DNA of 64,000 nucleotides. Source: Candidatus Saccharimonadales bacterium. GTDB taxonomy: Bacteria > Patescibacteriota > Saccharimonadia > Saccharimonadales > UBA4665. Positions 1-8,036 of this stretch are shown piece after piece. The position numbers and the translations under genes were made by a program. The notes below the pieces were generated by a model. It worked only from the letters and a program-made list of their open reading frames with translations. It did not search any database and had not been told where the DNA came from. Every line of letters starts with the position of its first letter. Position 1 is the first letter of the stretch. Location: assembly GCA_041743655.1 (NCBI GenBank), contig JBGTMJ010000018.1:11225-75224 (forward strand), read 5' to 3'.

Positions 1-40
1 AAAAACAGAACACCCCCGGGTATTACCCTGAAGGTGCTCT
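1..40 (-). terminator. candidate intrinsic terminator downstream of the 58..255 ORF
   Basis: On the minus strand AGAGCACC (40..33) pairs with GGTGTTCT (14..7, one G-U) around an 18-nt loop, followed by GTTTTT (6..1). The window edge truncates the context. Confidence 0.35.
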
Positions 41-57
41 AATTAAAAGCGTCGAAA

Positions 58-255
58 CTAGCCGCGCTTGACGGTCAAAAAGCCGTTCCGTGGGTTTTCG
101 TTGACAACGAAACCAGTAGGAATGCTAGCGACAGCTTCTGGGCGCTCGTCTTTACTAAAGTAGTAAATTGTCTGCAGTTTGCCACCGCGAAGTGTGACTT
201 CCTTTGAGTTAAGGTAGTACTTTACGCCCTTGGAGTTTGTGTGACTGTATGCCAT
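58..255 (-). CDS. small basic hypothetical protein (65 aa)
   Basis: ATG at 255 with GAGGGAG about 10 nt upstream. The track ORF 58..330 only extends it with a TTG that sits inside the predicted -35 box. MAYSHTNSKGVKYYLNSKEVTLRGGK...; no function recognised. Confidence 0.6.
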   Translation of the reverse strand: MAYSHTNSKGVKYYLNSKEVTLRGGKLQTIYYFSKDERPEAVASIPTGFVVNENPRNGFLTVKRG

Positions 256-300
256 TGCTGATTTTCTCCCTCTCTTGAATGACTTAGTGATAGTACCCCT

Positions 301-330
301 ACCATACTCTGACAGTTTTTCGTTTGTCAA
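301..330 (-). promoter_or_regulatory. sigma70-like promoter for the 58..255 ORF
   Basis: Minus strand reads TTGACA (330..325), 18-nt spacer, TATGGT (306..301), about 46 nt upstream of the ATG at 255. The -10 is embedded in the recurring 13-mer GTCAGAGTATGGT. Confidence 0.45.
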
Positions 331-456
331 CTATTTTTCATATCTGGTGGCCAACTTATATCAGAAAAGCATCGTTATCGTGTTGCGCATGCAAGCTATT
401 GTGTATTACACTTATCCTTATACAGAAATATTTTAAGGGTGAGGAGCCGTAAGATT

Positions 457-1107
457 ATGGATTTTTTACGTCGCGGGGCTAATGACCAGCCACAAGCTGC
501 TAGGAATAATGGTGTAGGGCACAGCCCGACGGTTGGTACTGTTGGAGAAGTTAACAGGCCCAAGCATACAACGAGTGGGGGGCAGGTCCCTGGTTGGTTG
601 CGAGCTGCTTTTGTAATCTTACTAACTTCGTTAGTTATTCTTGCTTTGGCTGCCATAACACTGCTCTACTTTGGCAAAACACATGAGGCAGATTTAATAG
701 ATAGCAAGCGACAGCAAGCGATTTTCTTGACGAATGGTCAGGTTTACTTCGGTAAAATAAAAGGGCTTAATCCACAGTACGTAAATCTGACGGATATTTA
801 CTACCTAAACTCACAGACCAATTCTGACGAGGCCGCCGATAAACAAACGCCTAACTTGTCGCTTGTAAAGCTGGGTTGTGAACTCCATGGTCCGCAAGAT
901 CAAATGATTATCAATCGCCAACAGCTTAGCTTCTGGGAGAACCTAAGCAATGAAGGCAAAGTTGCTAAGGCAATCAGCCAGTGGAAGTCTGAAAATCCAG
1001 AAGGTCAAAAGTGTACAGATACCAGTAACAGCACGCAGCAAAGCCCAGGTGCACCTACCGGCACTACAGCCCCTGCACCCAAACCCAGCGACAATACACA
1101 GAATTAA
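457..1107 (+). CDS. membrane-anchored hypothetical protein
   Basis: ATG at 457 follows GGTGAGGAG (438..446); the track GTG start at 439 lies inside that SD. One N-terminal TM helix (AAFVILLTSLVILALAAITLLYF) and a Pro/Thr-rich C-terminus. Confidence 0.6.
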   Translation: MDFLRRGANDQPQAARNNGVGHSPTVGTVGEVNRPKHTTSGGQVPGWLRAAFVILLTSLVILALAAITLLYFGKTHEADLIDSKRQQAIFLTNGQVYFGKIKGLNPQYVNLTDIYYLNSQTNSDEAADKQTPNLSLVKLGCELHGPQDQMIINRQQLSFWENLSNEGKVAKAISQWKSENPEGQKCTDTSNSTQQSPGAPTGTTAPAPKPSDNTQN

Positions 1108-1176
1108 TAAAACGGTCTAAAACGACTTATAGCATATAGTCCCTGAAACATGGGACATATGTATTTCTGGCTGTAT

Positions 1177-1779
1177 CTAGCTTGTTAGCCTCTTGAGGAT
1201 CATCACCAAGACTAAACGGACAACCAGGGTTATGAATAAGATTGTACTCGCTACCATACTATACCCAGCAGTGTCCGGTGACCAGTTGGGCGAAACAAAG
1301 TCAAACTTATACATGGCGCTCGGCACCTCTCGTTCCTGGGCGTTATGCTCGCTGACATACTGTTCAATACAGGGCACCCGACTGCTACCCGAGAAACTGT
1401 CTGGGTGCTGTTGCTCACAATACCCTTGCGCAGCAGTATAGACTTGGGCGTTTGTCTTCTTAACACGATCCTTCTCGACCTGCTGCAAACGTTGGTACGT
1501 ATGTTTCAGTTGTATCGGAGGGTACACACTATCGCCGGTGGCCAATCCGGTATTCATGTGCGAGTGCACATGGGAACGTAAGCCTTGTAGCGCCGTTTCA
1601 ATATCGCCGCCAGCTTTATCAGCAACATATACTGCCTCACGAAGCTGCACCATACGGAGGTTATTAGCACGCAAAGCAACCATACATACTAATATGCTTA
1701 GTATGAGGGGCACTAACAAGTACCGCACATGGATTGACTTAGTGCGTACCAATAAATGATGGAGGGCTTTTTTATTCAT
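1177..1779 (-). CDS. hypothetical membrane protein with N- and C-terminal TM helices
   Basis: 200-aa ORF. TM helices near both ends; the central domain has two Cys. No family recognised. Confidence 0.55.
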   Translation of the reverse strand: MNKKALHHLLVRTKSIHVRYLLVPLILSILVCMVALRANNLRMVQLREAVYVADKAGGDIETALQGLRSHVHSHMNTGLATGDSVYPPIQLKHTYQRLQQVEKDRVKKTNAQVYTAAQGYCEQQHPDSFSGSSRVPCIEQYVSEHNAQEREVPSAMYKFDFVSPNWSPDTAGYSMVASTILFITLVVRLVLVMILKRLTS

Positions 1780-1852
1780 GTTAGTTTTTGCTCTTAGACC
1801 GTAACCAGTTTATCACAGAATAGTGGTAGAACACCTATGGTAGACTACTATT

Positions 1853-3157
1853 ATGCACGTCTATTTTTCGGGCATTGGAGGCACTGCTATCGGGCCGTTG
1901 GCACTTATTGCCTATAAAGCCGGATTAACAGTTTCAGGGTCTGACAAGCAGCATAATCTTTACATTGATTCCTTAAAGAAGTACGGCATAGATGCGATAC
2001 ACATTGGGCAAGGGTACGAAGAAATTGCTGCTGTTCATACCAGACGACCAATCGACTGGTATGTATATACTTCGGCATTACCCATGGAACAACCGGACGC
2101 ACCGGAACTACGTTTTTGCAAAGAGCATGGTATCAAAGCAACGAAGCGTGATGAGTTTTTGAATTTCCTGCTTACTGATAAAAAGTTGAAGCTCATCGCT
2201 ATAGCCGGTACACACGGCAAGACTACCACTACCGCCATGACTATCTGGCTTATGCAACAATTAGGCATTCCTATCAGTTACTCGGTAGGTGCCAAAATGA
2301 GTTTTGGCGATATGGGAGAATTTGATCCGGCAAGTGAATACTTTGTGTACGAAGCTGATGAATTTGATCACAATTTTCTGGCATTCCACCCTCATATGTC
2401 GCTCATTACCGGACTAGATTGGGACCACCCTGATATTTACCCAACACGAGAAGACTATATTAAGGCCTTTAGCACCTTCTTAGGCCAGTGCGAACAAACA
2501 GTGTTGTGGCAAGAAGATGCGAAACAGCTTGGCGTCAAAGAGACACAGCGCCAGACCATTCTGCCGGACGACACACAGTTATTGGCAGATATACACCTTG
2601 CTGGTTTGGTTAACAGACGGGATGCGCTCCTTGTTGCCGTTGCTATAGAGAAACTTACCGGCAAACCCAAGGAAGAGTTACTGGGACACCTTAATAGTTT
2701 CCCGGGCATTGGCCGTCGTTTTGAGCAAATCGTACCCAATGTGTATAGCGATTACGCACACACTCCGGCTAAAATCAGAGGCGCCTTACAACTGGCCCAG
2801 GAAGTGGCAAACAATAACAACGTTGTCGTCGTTTACGAAGGCTTGCACAATACCCGGCAACACTTCATAAAAGAGGACCTGAAAGATCTATTCAATGATG
2901 TCAAGCAGTTGTATGTAGTACCTATTTATCTGGCCCGCGAAGACCCCAACTTGCCCTTGCTGACTCCTGAAGACCTTATTGACCTGCTTAGTCCGAAAGT
3001 ACAACCACATGTTCAATCCGCCATGCTCGATAACAACCTCGCCGAACAGATCAGGCAGCATGCCAAGCAGGGCGACACGGTACTGTGTATCAGCGCAGGA
3101 GGAGGCAATAGTTTGGACGAATGGTTACGGAAAACGTTCTCATCCCTAGAAACTTAG
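1853..3157 (+). CDS. Mur ligase family protein (MurC/Mpl-like)
   Basis: N-terminal GIGGTAIGPLA...VSGSD Rossmann motif, P-loop IAIAGTHGKTTTT, C-terminal FPGIGRRFE...DYAHTPAKI. Cannot separate MurC from Mpl by eye. Confidence 0.8.
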   Translation: MHVYFSGIGGTAIGPLALIAYKAGLTVSGSDKQHNLYIDSLKKYGIDAIHIGQGYEEIAAVHTRRPIDWYVYTSALPMEQPDAPELRFCKEHGIKATKRDEFLNFLLTDKKLKLIAIAGTHGKTTTTAMTIWLMQQLGIPISYSVGAKMSFGDMGEFDPASEYFVYEADEFDHNFLAFHPHMSLITGLDWDHPDIYPTREDYIKAFSTFLGQCEQTVLWQEDAKQLGVKETQRQTILPDDTQLLADIHLAGLVNRRDALLVAVAIEKLTGKPKEELLGHLNSFPGIGRRFEQIVPNVYSDYAHTPAKIRGALQLAQEVANNNNVVVVYEGLHNTRQHFIKEDLKDLFNDVKQLYVVPIYLAREDPNLPLLTPEDLIDLLSPKVQPHVQSAMLDNNLAEQIRQHAKQGDTVLCISAGGGNSLDEWLRKTFSSLET

Positions 3158-4656
3158 GCAAATGCCGCTATAAAGAACGCAGCGATAATCAGTAGCGACA
3201 TCGCCCAGAGCCAGCCGTTTGACATGCCTGGTATCACCTGTTTTTTTGGTTCAGCAAGTTGGTGTTGAGGATCAGTGTATGAGCTTTGGCCTGATAGTGG
3301 CGGTAACGTTGGGCTGACCATACCACTACTTGGTAAGCCATCAGAGCGCATGACAGGATAGGCTTGGTTTTGTTGCTGGGAGACAACACTAGAACCAGCT
3401 GCAGCCACAGGCATTTCTTCACGGAGCACTTCTTGTCGGCGTTCCCTTTGATACCCTTCGCCATACTTGATGGCTTCACTCACTGCATGGCCATGCTCAA
3501 CGACAATCTCATGCCAGGTACTGCGCTCTCTGTGTTGGTTTGGTTTTAATGCCAGTGGTGGTTGATCTGTAGATTCAGGTACACCTCCTACATCTTTATC
3601 TTTCGCTAAATACTCGCGCCTTGACTCTGCTACAAAGCGTTGTTGCTCAGTAGCAATCTGTTGTTGCTTCTCTGTTAGCTGGGCAGTATCGAATCTTCTA
3701 TGTTGTTCTTGGGATCTCTGACTCTGCTCTATCTGCTGGCTCAGGTCGTTCTTCAGGTTACGGTCTGCCCATCTTCGGGCGAAGGATTCCCAAATAACGA
3801 GCAGTGTCGGTAGCAAGCCACCTATATTATGACTCCTCTCGTGTACGATGACAGGACGTTCTATAGGTATCGCTGGCGGCGGAGAATCGGCGTATATTTC
3901 GCGACCTCCTGGTGCTGAGTTTGAGTATGGAGAATATCCGTTCATCAACTTCTCGCCCGGTTGTGCAGGTATCTGCGCTGTAGATTGGTAAGCTTCCCCG
4001 AAGCCATCATCTTCTACAAACGACTCACCATGTTTTAGCTCTACAGAGGATGATTGGTAGGCTGGTGTCTCTTGCCGGGCATAATTATATCGTTTGTTTT
4101 CCTGTCCCGAGTACGTATCAGCATGCATAAAATTGTTGAACTCTACAGGTTCTTGTGAGGGGAGCTCATGCTGTCGGGGGGCAATGGGTGGTAGGTCATC
4201 TAGTTTGTTGCCAGAGAGTTCTGGTAACGCAGCAGCAGCTGAAGGGTCAAGTTCTTCCCTTTCACTTTCGTCTTCTGCAGGTGACGCAGCCGTTTCGGTG
4301 GGGACTACAGTTTTGTGCTTATCTGGCCGTCTCTTTTCTGGCTGCGGCTGAACTACCTGTTCTTTATCCTTAGATTCATCCTCGTCCTCCTTGTCTTCAT
4401 CTTCTTCGTCTTCAACGCTTTTCTCACTATCCGTCGCTTTGGCTTCTACCACTGCCCGCCCGAGCGTTGCTTCATAGGAGCCACGCCAGATAATACCTTC
4501 ATGTGGGATAGGAGCAGAGGGAAAATGGTTACCGTTTTGTGCTGCTGGGGGTTTTTGTTGCAGTGACCCAGTGATACCGGCACCGTACCTAGTAGGTTTT
4601 TTACCTTTACTATCGTCGTCAGTGTCTTCTGACTGGTAGGATGTCTGCTGTTCCAT
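3154..4656 (-). CDS. acidic, low-complexity tail-anchored protein
   Basis: 500-aa ORF with an EDEEDEDKEDEDESKDKE tract, a Q/E/R-rich probable coiled coil and a C-terminal TM helix (WLWAMSLLIIAAFFIAAFA). Its stop overlaps the stop of the convergent Mur ligase gene. Confidence 0.6.
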   Translation of the reverse strand: MEQQTSYQSEDTDDDSKGKKPTRYGAGITGSLQQKPPAAQNGNHFPSAPIPHEGIIWRGSYEATLGRAVVEAKATDSEKSVEDEEDEDKEDEDESKDKEQVVQPQPEKRRPDKHKTVVPTETAASPAEDESEREELDPSAAAALPELSGNKLDDLPPIAPRQHELPSQEPVEFNNFMHADTYSGQENKRYNYARQETPAYQSSSVELKHGESFVEDDGFGEAYQSTAQIPAQPGEKLMNGYSPYSNSAPGGREIYADSPPPAIPIERPVIVHERSHNIGGLLPTLLVIWESFARRWADRNLKNDLSQQIEQSQRSQEQHRRFDTAQLTEKQQQIATEQQRFVAESRREYLAKDKDVGGVPESTDQPPLALKPNQHRERSTWHEIVVEHGHAVSEAIKYGEGYQRERRQEVLREEMPVAAAGSSVVSQQQNQAYPVMRSDGLPSSGMVSPTLPPLSGQSSYTDPQHQLAEPKKQVIPGMSNGWLWAMSLLIIAAFFIAAFA

Positions 4657-4851
4657 GTTCTTAAGTGGCTAGTTTTTCGGTTATTACTTAGATGTGATCT
4701 ATTATACCGCGTCAAGGAAAATACCTGTACAAGAATATCTCAATGTTTGCAAGATTGCTCGTTTGTATACGTCAGAGTAATGATGCTTTTTCCACAAACT
4801 AACCTTCCTGTTTAACTTATGAGCTAGGCTCGCTTTTGGTATGCATCAAGA

Positions 4852-5169
4852 CTAGCGCATCCCTTGGGAATCGAGGTATATAATCACTGCCAGGAAAGCA
4901 AGTATGCCCATTACTAGTATCGTAACTATCACGGTAGCCACTGGAGCTGGCTGAATCGGACCTTTGGGCGTGGTAGCAGGGTTCGCTTCTTTTTTAACTG
5001 GCACCGGTGAAGCAGGTGTCGTCTGTTGTGGGGGAGTGGCAGTGGGATTAATCTGAGATGCTACCCCAGAGGCCTTAGGAGGTTCATGCATAGTCAACAC
5101 TTCAGAAGTCGCACTTCGAGGGGGAGAAGCGACGTCCATGACTGGTTTTTGAAGTGAGTTCGGGTGCAT
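4852..5169 (-). CDS. small Pro/Thr-rich tail-anchored protein
   Basis: 105-aa ORF. Pro-rich N-terminus and a C-terminal TM helix (VATVIVTILVMGILAFLAVIIYL). Low-complexity composition lowers confidence. Confidence 0.45.
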   Translation of the reverse strand: MHPNSLQKPVMDVASPPRSATSEVLTMHEPPKASGVASQINPTATPPQQTTPASPVPVKKEANPATTPKGPIQPAPVATVIVTILVMGILAFLAVIIYLDSQGMR

Positions 5170-5235
5170 ATTGGTTTATGCTCATTGTAGCACGTCACAT
5201 ACTGAGCAAGGCAGAAACCACAGAGCGGGGTTATG

Positions 5236-7173
5236 TTAGTATGGCTGAGCAAACCCGTATGTTGCCGCTACGTCAGCAATCTTACGGACCGAACCACCAT
5301 CAGGACTAGCCACGTAATCGGCAATTTCCGCTCCGTTGGCAATTCGGTAGATAATCGCCTTACTGCCTATCCAGCGCAACGGGTTAGTTATCCCGTCTTG
5401 GGAATGTAATACTTTGCTGGTCCCTTTTGCAGTGTCATAGAGCATCAGAACCCCTTTGCCATTTTGTGTATCGGACCAAACACTTCGGCCATTGCCGCCT
5501 GGTTCATCAACAAAAGCGTACGCAACAATTCGGGGCGGGGCAACAGTACTAATAAGCTGCTCGTTTCGCAAGTCATACGTAAACCAGGCGTCTGGAGTCT
5601 GCAAGTTGAACACATTGTAGCTGGTTCTTAGCCCAGTCCAAACTTCATCTTTGGACAGCCTTTTCCGTGCCGTGCCGTCTGGTTTTACGACAAATAAGCC
5701 AAGGGTTGCACTTGGGTCGGTGCTCGACATGGCGTAATATATACGGTCTGCTGCACTCAAAACTGCATTGAACTGGTTAGCAGTTGCCAGCTGGGTGCGC
5801 GAGTTGGAGACAGGGTTGTAAGACAATATTCTATTACGCTGTGGGTTAGCACCACTAGCTCCGGCAATTGTTGAACGATATATCAACCGGTCACCAGTCC
5901 AATCCACTAATTGGATCTGTTCAGCCCGATCAACTGCAGAGCTTGCACCGGTAGATACATTAATGATAGTTAAGGTTCGCAGCAGATAGCCATCTTGATC
6001 ACGCACATTATCACGTGTTGACACCAGCGCCACATGGGTACCGCCAGTATTAACAACCAGGCTTATATTTGATTCTTCGGTACCGGTACCTGCCAAGAGT
6101 AACTTTTTATCTTTACCGTCAAGGTCCGTCGCATACACGTCATACTTACCACTTTGTTTGGATACGAACACCGCTCTGCCAGCAGGCACCAGCATCACTT
6201 CCGGCACCGAGCTAGTAGCGACATCCAGCAGAACCGTCTCGTTGCGATATCCTGGCGCACTAAAGACTACTGGCAAATCTGCGCCATCCACGCTATCCAG
6301 AGTCAATGTCGCCTTACCTCCTTTGTCCGACAAGGCGTTCGCCTCTTCACTGCCAGCCTCTGCTCCGGCTATAGGTTTACCGGACACATAGTCCTTAACC
6401 AGGACAACGTATCTCAATCCAGTAGCCTTAAGCACATGAGTTCCCAAGGGATTACTACCCCAACCAATAGTGACGGGCTGTTCATACGCTGCAAAGGCGA
6501 GACGTTTAATGGACAGGGTATAGCGACCTAGCTTTAGCTTACTAAGCTTTGCAACTCCCTCGCGGTTCGTGAGAGACTGTTGTGCACCCAATCTTACAGT
6601 GACATTCTTAAGGGGCAGCTGCGTAGTAGCGTCTAGCACTGTCACCGAAGCAGCGCTACGCACACCGGCACTGTTAAGCATGAAGTACCGTGATTCAGGC
6701 ATGGATGCAGCTAGCACTATCGACAGACTACATAAGAGAAGCGTAATCGTTCGCGCCCGTTTATTACGCCACCAGGCTCGCAAGAAGTGTTTTAAGCTAC
6801 GTTCTGTTTTAATGGCAGGTAATACTTTTGGTGTGTTGTCTTGGACCGCCAGTAAAGCATCGCTTTCCTTGCTGACGATATCGGCAACGTCGGCTTCAGT
6901 CTCGGTATCATTAATATCTACGGACTCGCGAAAGAGTTGTTCCTCATCCACTGTAACTTCTGAGTCTGACCCGTGATGCAGCCCAAACTCTTTGGCCACC
7001 TCTGGTGGTAACTCGGGTGCGGAATTCTGATTTGCTCCTAGTTTGATGGAAGCGGTTGTAGATTGAGCAGGCCGATCAAGAGCTTCTTCAGCTACTGGCT
7101 GCTCGCTGTCGTCTATACTTCCGGTTGCCATGGGTTTTTGTCCTAAATGATTATTCTTCCTTAATTCTAACAA
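5236..7173 (-). CDS. membrane-anchored surface protein with carboxypeptidase-regulatory-like and beta-propeller (TolB/PD40-like) regions
   Basis: 645 aa. Acidic N-terminus, one TM (TITLLLCSLSIVLAA). Two segments resemble CarboxypepD_reg domains (VTVLDATTQLPLKNVTVRLG..., VLVKDYVSGKPIAG...). The C-terminal half has repeated propeller-blade-like motifs. Confidence 0.6.
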   Translation of the reverse strand: MLELRKNNHLGQKPMATGSIDDSEQPVAEEALDRPAQSTTASIKLGANQNSAPELPPEVAKEFGLHHGSDSEVTVDEEQLFRESVDINDTETEADVADIVSKESDALLAVQDNTPKVLPAIKTERSLKHFLRAWWRNKRARTITLLLCSLSIVLAASMPESRYFMLNSAGVRSAASVTVLDATTQLPLKNVTVRLGAQQSLTNREGVAKLSKLKLGRYTLSIKRLAFAAYEQPVTIGWGSNPLGTHVLKATGLRYVVLVKDYVSGKPIAGAEAGSEEANALSDKGGKATLTLDSVDGADLPVVFSAPGYRNETVLLDVATSSVPEVMLVPAGRAVFVSKQSGKYDVYATDLDGKDKKLLLAGTGTEESNISLVVNTGGTHVALVSTRDNVRDQDGYLLRTLTIINVSTGASSAVDRAEQIQLVDWTGDRLIYRSTIAGASGANPQRNRILSYNPVSNSRTQLATANQFNAVLSAADRIYYAMSSTDPSATLGLFVVKPDGTARKRLSKDEVWTGLRTSYNVFNLQTPDAWFTYDLRNEQLISTVAPPRIVAYAFVDEPGGNGRSVWSDTQNGKGVLMLYDTAKGTSKVLHSQDGITNPLRWIGSKAIIYRIANGAEIADYVASPDGGSVRKIADVAATYGFAQPY

Positions 7174-7212
7174 AATGCTGTTTCAAAAAGCCCGTGAAAT
7201 AGTATGCCCTTT

Positions 7213-8013
7213 TTAATTAATAATCATGGATTGAAATATAGATTTTATAGGCTTACCGAATGACACATCTTCCCACATTGTTGTCGTAATGCCCAAGGGA
7301 CTACCTTCACCACTGCAGCTGCTATTGACACATGTTAGAAACGTTACGCTCACTACAGGGTCAACAGGTACAAAGTCAGCCTTTGGTATGGCTTGGCCGA
7401 CTTTATAGCCAACGTCACCAGTAATAAACACGCCGTCAAGACCGCCTGGTTGTGTTGAACTGGCATACTGTAAGAAACTTAGATAGGTAGAGCCCCGCTG
7501 TACTGAACTGGGTCTCGTATAGGCTATCTTTTCGGATTCGCGTACAGCCACAGCATTGCCCTTATCAAATTCTGGCTGGGGCTGTTGTTTGTTACGAATA
7601 GTAAAGGCTACTTGTGCCAGTACTTTCCGCCCACTAGCTTCCTTGAGCCGTAACGCAGGCGAAACCAGGTCCAACCTACCTTTGTCAGTAGCCTCAGTTA
7701 CTGTCCAATCTTCCGGATAATCAAACTCAAGTGAGAATCCGGTTGAGATATGATGTTTCGTCTTTGTATTGATTGTAGTCTGCGTGTTTTCGGGTTCAGA
7801 TGATTGCTGCTTCATATTCGAACCAGGTCCTATACCGTCGCTAGACTTGTCGGCACTCCGAGACAAGAACCAATAAGCGCCAAAGCCAATCGTAATAAGC
7901 AGTGCCAACGTAACCAGGAGGGCTATTACTTTTCGCCAGCGACGTCTGGACAAATCAGAACCTTTATCATAGGAGCTGTTGTTGGCGTTATCTTGTTCGT
8001 TCATGTGTCTCAT
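7213..8013 (-). CDS. membrane-anchored hypothetical protein
   Basis: 266-aa ORF with an N-terminal TM (VIALLVTLALLITIGFGAYWFL). No family recognised. Confidence 0.55.
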   Translation of the reverse strand: MRHMNEQDNANNSSYDKGSDLSRRRWRKVIALLVTLALLITIGFGAYWFLSRSADKSSDGIGPGSNMKQQSSEPENTQTTINTKTKHHISTGFSLEFDYPEDWTVTEATDKGRLDLVSPALRLKEASGRKVLAQVAFTIRNKQQPQPEFDKGNAVAVRESEKIAYTRPSSVQRGSTYLSFLQYASSTQPGGLDGVFITGDVGYKVGQAIPKADFVPVDPVVSVTFLTCVNSSCSGEGSPLGITTTMWEDVSFGKPIKSIFQSMIIN

Positions 8014-8036
8014 ACTTTAAGTGCGCTTGGTAAGAG

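Noticed and set aside
58-330. Longer N-terminal versions of several track ORFs: 58..330, 8037..9419, 15129.., 19476.., 20864.., 46735..48858, 48731.., 49995..50534, 52245...
   Set aside because: Internal ATG/GTG codons with proper SD spacing give N-termini matching the family consensus. The extensions overlap upstream genes, promoters or DnaA boxes and often begin with TTG/GTG.
396-656. 86-aa minus-strand ORF overlapping the 457..1107 gene start and its upstream region.
   Set aside because: It is antisense to a better-supported ORF, has Pro/Cys/Leu-rich composition, and would start inside the other gene.
4788-4796. Isolated perfect relaxed DnaA box TTTTCCACA in the 4657-4851 spacer.
   Set aside because: It is a single copy far from dnaA with no neighbouring boxes or AT-rich element, so a chance occurrence is sufficient explanation.
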